From NCBI RefSeq assembly GCF_006345805.1, contig NC_043025.1, positions 2,914,001 through 2,978,000 on the forward strand: DNA of 64,000 bases. Reading direction: 5' to 3'. Within the stretch, counting starts at the first letter, position 1. Each line of letters starts with the position of its first letter. This DNA is from Octopus sinensis. Its lineage: Eukaryota. Positions 52,571 through 64,000 of the stretch are shown here, piece after piece. Below the pieces are notes generated by a model. That model ran no database searches. It was not told the origin of the DNA and was given only the letters and a program-made list of their open reading frames with translations. The position numbers and the translations under genes were made by a program.

Positions 52571-52574
52571 ATCA

Positions 52575-52960
52575 TGTATGTATGTATGTATGTATGTATG
52601 TATGTATATATGTATATATGTATGTAAGTATGTATGTAAGTATGTTTGTAAGTATGTATGTAAGTATGTATGTATGTATGTATGTTTGTATGTATGTATG
52701 TATGTACGTGCGTATGTATGTATGTATGCATGTATGTATATTTGCATGTATGTATATATGTATGTATATTTGCATGTATGTATGTATATGTGCATGTATG
52801 TATGTATATATGTATATTTGCATGTATGTATGTATGCATGTATGTATGTATGTATATTTGCATGTATGTATGTATGTATGTTTGCCTGTATGTATGTATA
52901 TATGTATGTTTGCATGTATGTATATATATATGTATGTATGTTGGCATGTATGTATGTATA
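52575..52960. repeat. Expanded degenerate (TATG)n microsatellite
   Basis: About 390 bp here versus about 25 bp at the paralogous sites near 10680 and 43520. Confidence 0.95.
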
Positions 52961-52964
52961 TACC

Positions 52965-53205
52965 ATTCTTTCCTCTTTTAATTGTTTCAGTAAGTCGACT
53001 GCTTTGCAGCAGGAGTATCACATTGAAGTATGTAACTCGAACGAATCGAACCCACTAACTATTCTTTTAAACCCTGGTACTTACCCTGTCGCCCGCTTAT
53101 GCGAAATCGCTAACTGACGAGGAATTAAACGCACTAACCTAGGTTGTGAAGAAGTAGTGAGTACAAACATAGAGACTAAGTCACACACACACACTCGCAC
53201 ACATA
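52965..53205 (-). mobile_element. Diverged SINE 3' part
   Basis: tcttttaattgtttcag..actgc..cttatgcgaaatcgctaactgacgagga parallels the 48345 SINE. Confidence 0.6.
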
Positions 53206-53249
53206 TGTATATTATATAAGTATATATTCTCGGTAATATGTATTGGGCT

Positions 53250-53630
53250 CTTTTTCAGGGAGGAAGTTCGGGGAAAATGACCGGATCTGGGATTCGCGAA
53301 GTATTGAATTTTTCACGTCAACAATGCACCTATAACCTCACTCGTAAATTTCTTGCCAAAACAACATGCTATCGCTTCTGCACCTACCCCATTCGCCAGA
53401 TGTACCACCTGCTGACTTGCATCTGTTCCTCAAGATGAAAAATCAGCGCAGAGGTCGAGAACTAGAGCGAACACCATTATCGAGATAAAGAGGTCCGCGA
53501 GCCGCCTATGGAAAACTAAGTCCAGGCCGGATTCCAAAAGTGTCAGAAAGGCTGGAGCAGTTGTATTATTGCTCAGGTAACATAAGTTACTTTTATTAAA
53601 CATTACTCGTTCAGGAACTTTATATATACG
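53250..53630 (+). mobile_element. Mariner 3' half, paralog of about 34125-34510
   Basis: Direct nucleotide similarity including the YSPD-region and the 3' TIR. Confidence 0.85.
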
Positions 53631-54806
53631 ACGGGTTTCCTTCACTTACCCAATTAACCAACATAAACGGGTTTGTTCGGTTGGAGACCAGAGTACACGC
53701 AGAAGGACTGAATACAGAAGCAAAATTCTTATCACACAGCCATGCCAACGCCTAAGCGTATGCACACACACACACACACACACACATACGCACAAACCCA
53801 CATACACACACACACACACGCAGGCACCCATACACACATACACACACACAAACACACTACACACACATATGACGGAAATGGGAAATGGATTTTACGAGAT
53901 TCATTAATCATTACTGCCGTTTCAACCCGTCTTCAATCGGCCCCTCACGAACGAGATAATGGTCGATTGGCCGCGGTGCATCTTTATTTACAGATGTTTC
54001 TCATCAGTTGACATTTCAAAAAGTACTCTGATTCATAAACTCGGTTTCACTTGGTTCGGTTATAATGTATTTCGTTAGTTAATAATAATAATAATCATAA
54101 TAATAATAATAATCATAATAATAATAATAATCATAATAATAATAATAATCATAATAATAATAATAATAATAATTATAATAATAATAACACGAAGTAGAAG
54201 AAGAAGACAAGAATAAGAACAACAACAACAACAACAACAACAACAATAACAGCGAAGAAGTTTCCTCGGAAAATTTCGTAAATAAAATAATATCAAAAAA
54301 CTTAACCCACTTACAAGAAGCTTAAACTTGGAAGATTTTGAAAGGATCCTTGTTGGATTGTTGTGATCTTATTCTCATTGAGAAATCTGAAAAATAAAAC
54401 ACAGTTCAAAAGAAAGAGTATTAAAAAGATTTCTTATAAAATATTAAATCTCTTATCTTTAGAATAAAAAGAGAACGATGAAGGAGAAAATGGCGGAGAT
54501 GATGTTGATGATGATGACGAGGAGGATTGCGATGTTGATTGTAAATGTTGTAATAATGACAGGGAGAAGGAAAAGTGGGATAATGATGATGATTATTATC
54601 GAAAACGATGACAAACGCTACCGATTAATTGGTGATGACGACGTTGATTATTATGATGTTCATAACGAAGGTGATGATGATTCTGCATGCTAGAAATAGC
54701 AGAGAAAATGGTGGAAGGAAATAGTTATGATGACAAGATAAATTATAACGATTAGTGAATACGAGAATATGATTAGCAGAAGGACGATAAATATGATAGC
54801 GCTGAA

Positions 54807-54838
<32 letters not shown>

Positions 54839-55174
54839 CGATGATGATGATGATGATTATGATGAAAGATGTGATGAAGAAGGTGAAGGGAAATAAATCG
54901 TAGAACGTATAGATATAGAGAAGTAGAAGAAGAAGAAGAAGAAGAAGAAGAAGAAGCGAAAATGATTCATGAAGAGAGGAGACAGAAGTTGATTAAAAGC
55001 AGAAGAACCAGAAAATGATGAACAAGATGAATGTAGAGAATAATTGTGAAGAAGACGATAAATGCAGGAAAAGAAGATATATTAGGAGAAGAAAAATAAC
55101 GTGGAATATCAGAATGGGGAAACAAGTGGGAATAAAAGAATATAAATACAAATACTATACTCAGACATCAAACA

Positions 55175-55224
<50 letters not shown>

Positions 55225-55557
55225 TGGATGTACATACATACATCCACCTATATATACCTTATCAAACTCTGATGTATAAACGCACACACTCACTTCCAGG
55301 CCACACATATATTCCCACTTTCTTACACACAGGCAAACATAAATTGTAAGACAATATGAATTGTAGAAGAATGAGGGTAAATAAAGAAGATAAGAGAGAC
55401 ATTTAGTTTGTGGAAAAGACATTGGATGACATATCGTGATCTTATTATGAAGATGACTAACATAAGAGAAAGTCTCCCACCCCTAAGCCCTAGACCATCA
55501 CCTAATCACCCTTATCCGTCTTGTTGCTTAACAACAACAACAGCAGCAGCAGCAGTT

Positions 55558-55614
<57 letters not shown>

Positions 55615-56496
55615 ATAGTAGTAGTAGTAGTAGTAATAGTAGAAGAAGAAGAAGAATGAGAAGAAGGAGGAGGAGGAGGAGGAAGGAGAAGGAGAAGAAG
55701 ATGATGATGATGATGTTAACGATGATGAGCAACAACAACAGCAACAACATTAAAGCAACAATAAGAGAAGTGGCAGAAAATGTAGGAGCTGAAAAAAAGA
55801 ACGATGCAAAAAATAAAGAGGAAACGAAGGAGTCTGTCATGAAGAAAACTTAAATATAATATTTCTGATCTTATAATAATTCTGCTTTTCATTATGTTAA
55901 TTAGTCCGTCGGTAACGCTTTCTCGTGATTAGAGAAAAAGAGGGAGAACGAAAAAGAGCAAAAGAGAAATGTCCATGACCTGAGGTAGAAGGAACGTGAC
56001 TGTAATGCTTTCACGTGATTAGTTGAATGGAATGAGAGACCAAGAGAAAGAAAAAGGAATGAGAAAACGAAAGTAAGTTGAATAGTGGGGCAGAAAGAGG
56101 GGGACAGGGAGAAAAGGGGAGAGAGAAAAGACCGAGGGAGAAAAGAGGGAGAGGACATATGGTAGAGGAAACGTAATATTTATTACGTGATGAAAAAGTT
56201 AGTTGAAGGTATGATAGTGAGGAGGGTTACGAATATAATTTTAGCAGAGCGGTGATGTTCTGATGGTGAGATTAAAGGAAGGCAGATAGGTCGATAAATA
56301 GATAGATAGATAAACTGAGAAAATGAGAGAAGGGGCAGTGAGAGGCGGTGGTAGTGGTGGTAGTGGTGATGATGTGTGCATAATGCAAAGACACTTTTGA
56401 ATTGAATTAGTGTTTTTATCCCCTATCACTTAGCGCATATTCATAAATGCCATTCTGTTAAATATTCGCACTTATTTTCAGTGTCATATCTAAGGC

Positions 56497-56500
<4 letters not shown>
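53630..56500. repeat. Module A copy 6 (long type)
   Basis: Collinear with copies 3 and 4. Confidence 0.9.
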
Positions 56501-56560
<60 letters not shown>

Positions 56561-56569
<9 letters not shown>

Positions 56570-56990
56570 TTAAAATTACTAAGTCTCTATAATAGAGATT
56601 GCGGCAGCGTTTACTGGAAATTAATTGTTATCGCCATATTAATATGGCATTCTTATTATAGAGACTTAGTAATTTTAATATTTCTATTATTGAAAACAAG
56701 TGGATGTATTCCACTGGAACTAGGTAAATAGAAAACTTCGAACAGAGACGTCAGTGGCGACACCTGCGGTCTGACTGCGCTACATTAACAAGGGGCAATA
56801 CCCCAAACGCGTCTGTAGCTGTCGGACTGGCAGTGTGAAGCGGCTGACCTCCCTTGTTCGAAGGTTATAATGGATACAGATCGTGTATCAATAGCTATCT
56901 TGATGGCGGTGGCCTCATGGAGCTGACCAGCAGCAGCGATTATTCTTATATCTATAAGAATGCCATATTAATATGGCGATAACAATTGAT
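56561..56990. mobile_element. 430-bp insertion in (TA)n with nested inverted repeats and a decayed hammerhead
   Basis: Inverted pairs 56561-56594/56654-56687 and about 56622-56656/56952-56987; ctaca-ttaacaa-gggg(caata)cccc-aaa-cgcg-tc-tgtag at 56780-56818. Absent at the paralog near 39070-39125. Confidence 0.7.
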
Positions 56991-57084
56991 TATATATATA
57001 TATATATATATTACAGTTAAGAAATATACGCATTATAATTAAAATATATATATTTCAATTAAAATAAAGATCCCGGTTGATGTT

Positions 57085-57605
57085 GTTACTTCTTCTCATA
57101 CATTCTGCCGTTGGTTGTGCTTCTGCTACGGTGAGATAGAAATACGCAGTTTACGGTGATTTGATCCTTGTTCCAAAGCTGTGCTTATGATATAAGCAAA
57201 TTACAAAACTTGACTGAACAATGGATAGATAAAGAAAGGAGAAGACCGAAAGGGGGTAAGAACAAATGGAATTTTGTGACGTATTCTAAGAACAAGGAAG
57301 TGGAGAAACAAATCGTAGTTCAGGCACATCATAAGATAAATTTGTCCAATTATGTGTACCAAGAGAATGTAAAGGTCATTGTTGTCGATAGGGAAACCTA
57401 TAGGAAACTTAGAGATATGAGCGGGGATTGAATTGACCCGGCCAGAGCGTTGGTGGCTTTCAACGCGCTGCCACCAGTAATTGATCTGTTAGAACTGGAG
57501 CCGTATATGGGACGTTAAAGGGGGGGAAAAGGAATAAAAGAAAGGAAAACGTTTCATATTTGTGTCTTATTTCGCAAGGCGACTTTTCCGAAGGAAATGG
57601 ATTTA
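57085..57605 (+). other. Chimera of the Helitron H1 5' region and the ORF1-family-2 3' region
   Basis: 57085-57236 matches about 39225-39381 and 57232-57605 matches about 44911-45290; the join is at the shared aagaa. Confidence 0.88.
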
Positions 57606-57679
57606 TAACTCAGGTAGTATAAATTACGTTTATTAAACATAACTCGGCCGGGAACTTTATGATACCACTTCGTATATAT

Positions 57680-59644
57680 ACGACAAGTTTCTAACAGTTA
57701 CCGTGTACCCAATTAACTAACATACACGGGTTTGTTCGGTTGAAGACCAGAGTACACGCAGAGGGTCAGAATACAGAAGCAAAATAGTTATCACACAGCC
57801 ATACCAACGTCTAAGCGTATACTCACACACTCACGCACACACACACCTACACATGCACACACACATACACACACATGAGGGAAATGGCAAATTGATTTTA
57901 CGAGATTCGTTAATCACTACGGCCGTTTCAGCCCGTCATCCATCGGTACCTCATACATGAGATTCTGATCGATCGGCCACAGTGCATGTTTCTGTGCAGA
58001 TGTTTCTCGTCAGTTGACGTTTCAAAAACCACCTCGCTCAATAAACTCGGTTTCACTCGGTTCGATTATTATGTATTTCGTTATGTTAAGAAGAAGAAGA
58101 AGAAGAAGTAGAAGAAGAACAACAACAACAACAACAAAATCAGTAACAAAAAGCACCTTGCTCGATAAACCCGGTATCGCTTGGTTCGATTATAATGTAT
58201 TTCGTTATGTTATGAACAACAATAGCAACAACAACAACAACAAAAACACAATCAGTAACAACGAGGAAGTCGATGATGAAGAAAAGATATTAAAAGTAGC
58301 CAGAAAACAGACAAGATGGACAAGCAAAACAATATGACAATTACGAATGAGGATAGAAATGACAATAAAAATATATCAACGTAAGTAATATCATTACACA
58401 TACACACAAACGTACGAGGGACACACCAAACATTGTCTTACATTGTGGACGACTGACTACTCTAACATCCTTCCTAAAGAAATTGAAACGGCATAAGCAG
58501 CCATCACACTGGACAGTTTGACCGACTTGCCCCGAGCTATATGTCACTGTACAAATAGAAAATGACGACTACAGACTTCAGCACCTCTTGTAATTGTAGA
58601 GTTTAAAATAACTCATATCAATGAAGCAGCATCTCAAAAAAGTGAGAATGAATATATTTCTATACATTCTTTTCTTGAAGTGAGTATAACTCTGCATAAA
58701 TATATATTTCATAATATACCCACTTGTAGACACAAATGCAAACATAGATATTCATGTGTATTCGTACACTCATACACAAAATATTAGACATTAATGCTGA
58801 CACATACAGACACAAACAATTGCAGAGACTTTCATACACACTCGAACACCAATATGGTATCGGAATATACGCTAGAGATACAGAGAGAAAAAGAAAGATA
58901 AAAATTTCGTAAATAAAATAATATCAAAACACTTAACTAACTTACATTTTCTGTAAACTTGGAAGATTTTGAAATACACCTGGTGGTATGGTTGTGATCT
59001 GATTCTCTCCGAGACCTCTGAAAAATAAAACACAGTTCAAAAGAAAGAGTATTAAAAAGATTTCTGATAAAATATTAAATATTGTATCTTTAGAATCATA
59101 TTAAGAAAGAAAGGACGAGTATAAAATGGCCGAGATGATGTTTATGTTGATGATGAGGGGGAGGAGGATGGCGATGTTGACGGTAAATGTTGTAATAAGG
59201 ACGGCGAGGAGGATTCGGGGGATAATGATGATGATTATTATGGAGAACGACGAGAAAGGCTTCGATGAATTGGTGATGACGATGTTGATTATTGCGATGT
59301 TCATATCGAAGGTGATGACGATCTTATAATAATTCTGCTTGTCATTATGTTAATTAGTCCGTCGGTAACGCTTTCTTGTGATTAGAGGAAAAGAAGGAAA
59401 GTGAAGTGTCGATGATATGAGGTAGAAGGAACGTAACTGTAACGCTTTCACGTGATAGGTGAATGCAAAGAGAGACCAAGAGAAAGAAAAAGGAGAGAGA
59501 AAAAGAGGAAGAGGGCATGTGGTAGGGGGAACGTAATATCTATTACACGATAAAAAAGTTAGTTGAAGGTAGTGATATTGAGGAGGGTTAGGAATATAAT
59601 TTAGGTAGAGGGGTGATGTTCTGATGGTGAGATTAAAGAAAAAC

Positions 59645-59678
<34 letters not shown>

Positions 59679-60303
59679 GTATGTGTGTATGTGTGTGTGA
59701 ATATATATATATATATCAGTAGATAAAAAGGGAGGCTAAGAGAGATGGTGGTAGTGGTGGTGGGTGTGGTGGTAGTAAGTATTTTAAATCCCCTATCACC
59801 TGACACATGATCAGAAATGCAATTTCATGAAATATTAACACTTATATACAGTGTCATATGTACGGCGTATAATTATATTACAATTAAATATATATTATAG
59901 TGAAAGGCGGTACAATTTTTCCTCAAGCAATGAAATAGCTGCACCGTGAAAACAGACATTCTTGTCTATCCATGGAATTCACCTGCGGAGTGAATCGCGT
60001 AGACATTGTGCCATCTAGTCCCAATGAGTTATCTACTTCTATTTCCTCATGGAAAGTCCGGATGGCACTGTGAGATTCATGAGGTAGAAGGAACGTAACT
60101 GTAACGCTTTCACGTGATAGGTGAATGCAAAGAGAGACCAAGAGAAAGAAAAAGGAGAGAGAAAAAGAGGAAGCGGGCATGTGGTAGGGGGAACGTAATA
60201 TTTATTACACGATAAAAAAGTTAGTTGAATTAGTGATATTGAGGCGGGCTAGGAATATAATTTAGGTAGAGGGGTGACGTTCAGATGGTGAGATTAAAGG
60301 AAA

Positions 60304-60348
<45 letters not shown>

Positions 60349-61510
60349 TAAATAAATTAAACACATGCATATATATAAACATATATGTACGTACCTACCT
60401 CTACATGTACATATACACGCATATATGAGTACAGGACACCAAAAGGACATCGATCACAATGAGAAACGAAAACATAGACACAAACCAAAGGAACTGGACA
60501 TTTTTTTAAAAACAGCAAAAAAAAATAGAGTACAGGGCAATTAACACAAAGAAAAAATCCCTTCTTCAGTCGCTATGGTTTCATCTACTCTACGTTTCGA
60601 AGGATAAAAGCGAGACGTATCTTCGACAAGAAACTTTCCTTCCTGCGAAAAGCAAATCAATTAAAATTCTGAGATCTTTTAGCAGAGGGGTAAAAAATAA
60701 TAACAAAAGCAGGACAGTAACGACAGTACAAATTATAAACAGTAAAAGACAGGACAAGGAAAAACAAGATAAGAAGGGCTGTTAACGCCGAACGAAAAAA
60801 AGTATTGCGAACGCGGAATTTTTTATGAACGACGAGCGGACCAAAAAGAATGTCGTCCATTACCTTGAGAGGGCCATGCCAGAGAGACAGCAGCGGAAGT
60901 CACGTCGCGGGTGAACGACGGGAAGGAGGGAGGAGGAGCAAGAGAAAGGGAGAGAAGAAGGGGAATGGCTGCGAGGAAACCATGAAGAATGGAGAGGGGG
61001 AGAGTGAGAGTGAAGAATGAGAGAGAGGAAGAGACAAGTTAAGTAGAGGAAAAGGAAATCAAAGAATGAAGGCTGAGAAATTGATGGGACAGAAAGGTTA
61101 AGAGTGCGCATCAAAGTTAATATCAAGAAAAAACTTGATATAAAGAACAATCTTACTTAAGGGGGTGCGTGCGTTTTGTCATATAATATATTAAGGAATA
61201 AATTAAACATATGCATATATATAAACATATATGTACGTACCTACCTCTACATGTACATATACACGCATATATGAGTACAGGACACCAAAAGGACGTTTAT
61301 ATATGTTTATATATATCAGTAGATAAAAAGGGAGGCTAAGAGAGATGGTGGTAGTGGTGGTGGGTGTGGTGGTAGTAAGTATTTTAAATCCCCTATCACC
61401 TGACGCATGATCAGAAATGCAATTCCATGAAATATTCACACTTATATACAGTGTCATATGTACGCGTATATATATATATATATATATATAGCAATTAAAT
61501 ATATATTATA
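57680..61510. repeat. Module A' copy plus a local tandem re-duplication of its tail
   Basis: The tail and the start of H1 (59900-60078) are followed by a restart at atgaggtagaaggaacg (60079), repeating sequence from about 59417. Confidence 0.85.
60351..61294 (-). mobile_element. Probable PLE terminal (pseudo-LTR) fragment bounded by a 98-bp direct repeat
   Basis: 60351-60448 matches 61197-61294; inserted in a (TA)n tract that is empty near 14045-14160 and 59645-59715; ribozyme-like half motifs near 60560-60600. The PLE assignment is inference. Confidence 0.55.
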
Positions 61511-64000
61511 ATGAAAGTACCAGGAGTGTAAATGTACAATTGCGAAAGTGTGAACTACACTTCAGAAGAAGGGATTATATAATGCGTTACAATTTTTCCA
61601 CAAACAGTGAAATAGCTGCACCGTGAAAACAGAGACATTCTTCTCTATCCATGGAATTCACCTGCGGAGTGAATCGCGTAGACATTGTGCCATCTAGTCC
61701 CAATGAATTATCCACTTCTAATCCCTCATGGAAAGTCCGGATGGCACTGTGAGATTCTACATGTGGCGAAACGCAGAACATCCGCTCGCAGACGACTTAC
61801 GATGTAATTTAGGGTTGCTGATTGCCGTACCTTGGGGACCATCAGGCCCAGTTGCTCGTAGAGCAGTACAATGGGCTTATGGACTACCTGTAGAGAGGAG
61901 CTGATGAGAATGTTGAGCCAGGAGCTGTCCTCGGAATATGCATCAATATAATCAGGATGCAATGTCGATTGCATCAGAGTATGGTAAACCTGACTTAATT
62001 GTCACATATACATCCAACCGTAAGTGCCATGAAATAGAAAATAATATGCAGCGAAATGGGACACCAGGAAACTGACCAGATTTGGTTACAAGAGTGTACA
62101 AGTTGCATCTCACTGAAAGTCTGAAGGATATAAAGGACAGACACGTATTTGATGTATCAATAGCTCATGCCCATGTCACCGAGTTTCAAAAGTGAAGGCT
62201 TCCACACTGCCATATGCTGGTAGACAAAGTGAAGATCAGAGATGATTTAGTTAAGACATTCATGATACATGGCCTTTGTATGTAGAATGGCTCTTGCCCC
62301 AAAATGTTTCCCAAGAACTACAGAAATGAGATACTACTAAATGATAATGGATATCCATAGAACAGGAGGCGCAATAATGGGATCGCAACACAAGTTGGAC
62401 TCCACTCTGTTGAAAACAGCTATGTCGTACCATACAATGCTTACCTATTAAAGCAATTCCGAGCTCATATTAATATAGAAGTTGGCTCCTCTGTAAAAAG
62501 TGTCAAGTACATCTACAAATAAGTCTACAAAGATCATAATAGCGATTCAATTGAAGTAAGGAATGATGCAATGGCAGAAAGCAAACAAATTCAGCAAAAC
62601 CATGGCGAAATCAGAAATTATTTTGTGTGTTGATACGTTTCACCACCTGAAGCCATGTGGAGAATATTTCAGTACAAGCTGCATGACTCCTCTCACACTG
62701 TTTACAGACTAGCAGTTCAATTTGAAGACCGGGAGAGACTGTGCTTTCACAGAGGTAACACTCAGTAACCTACTCAAGAACAGAGATCGATCGTGACAAT
62801 ACATTCAAACTGAATGAGCACGATGAAAATTAACGGAAATACTTGTGCCCTGACATTCCTTTACGTTATGTATTTGATGTACGTACAAAATCATGAACAC
62901 CCAGGAGAAGAAACAATAACATCGGCAGCAGATTGAACACAGTGAGTCCTAAGGACGTAGAAACGTTTCATTTACGATTGCTATTTTGGATGTTCCAGGT
63001 ACTAAGCGCTTTGAAGAAGTGAGCACTGTAGGAGGTGAAATCTATGCAACATTTAAAGATGCGTACATATGACTTGGTCTTCTCCAAACTTATGTGATGT
63101 TGGAGCATGCCATACTTCAAGGTGCTGCATACCGGATGGCATTTCAGCCGCGTATCACGTTCGTTGTCCTTTGCACCTATTCAAATCCTTCTAATGTCCT
63201 TCGCCTGAGGAACACTCACAAGAATACCATAATGGGAGATTATGCTCAGTGAGGGTTGAATGCATACTCTACACTCTGTAAATTGTATGCAAATTGAAAA
63301 TGTCATTAGCTGCCTTAAGTTCGAGTGTAACGGGTAGGGCATAAACATAACATGAACCACCCCGGCATTGCAACCGTTACCGATGAACAGAGAGTGATCG
63401 CTGATGCAGTCATTGAAGACAGTTGATAAGAAAAGGTGAGGTGAGGTGCTGGAATGTTCCTGATTCTATGCAAATGTTCCTGGAGGTTGGGACAAGACTT
63501 ACATATTTCATACGCTGATCTCACATCTACGAAGGAGAAACTATCAAGTGGTGCGTGCAGAGGCATAGCTTCAACATTGATGTCTGGTGGAAGGACGGTG
63601 CACAGTTTGCTCAAATTGCCCGTTCCTCTGTTGGAAACTAGCTTTTGAAATGTACCACCCACCTCTGACCAGAAATTATTTGAGAAATTTGTATTTGATC
63701 ATTATAGATAAGGCTTCCATGATCCCTCTGTATGCTTTTCATGCTAATGACAAAGCTCTGAAAGATATCACTGGCAACAATGAAGGTTTCGGTTGAAAAG
63801 TTGTGCTCATTGGTAGAGACTTCAGGCAAGTTCTGCCAATATTGCCAAGAGGAACTCGTGAGGCAGTAATTAAGAGCTCCATTAAGAACTCTCCTCTCTG
63901 GTTACAGTTCAGACATTTATATGTTGAGCCAAAATAGAGCAATAACAGATCGAAGACAATTCGCAACATGGGCACTGCAACTTGATAATGGTACCACAGC
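61510..64000 (+). mobile_element. Helitron family H1 RepHel relic (copy c), runs off the window
   Basis: Collinear with 14345-16620 and shares its stop codons; retains about 210 bp (near 62400-62610) deleted in copy a. Confidence 0.9.

Overview
AT-rich eukaryotic (animal) DNA with no recognisable host gene, rRNA, true tRNA or CRISPR array. The SINE families and microsatellite load look like an octopus/coleoid cephalopod genome (inference from recalled repeat families, not from a search). The window is almost entirely transposon debris arranged as a degenerate higher-order tandem array. A recurring unit (mariner remnant - purine-rich trinucleotide-microsatellite module A - Helitron RepHel relic - AT-rich block X, sometimes with a zinc-knuckle ORF1-like element) appears about 7 times at 4-13 kb spacing, and the copies are rearranged and recombined. 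Other inserts are Penelope-like elements (PLE), an RTE LINE, an R2/R4-type RLE fragment, a second Helitron, a 935-bp internally deleted Gypsy element, tRNA-derived SINEs and mariner pieces. The most striking signal is at the RNA level and is invisible in the ORF track: four minimal type I hammerhead ribozyme motifs with intact core sequences, plus several decayed ones. They lie in short non-coding inserts in (TA)n tracts, three of which are head-to-head fold-backs. Most ORFs in the supplied track are microsatellite artefacts. All alignments and identities were judged by eye, and boundaries are approximate unless a junction is quoted.
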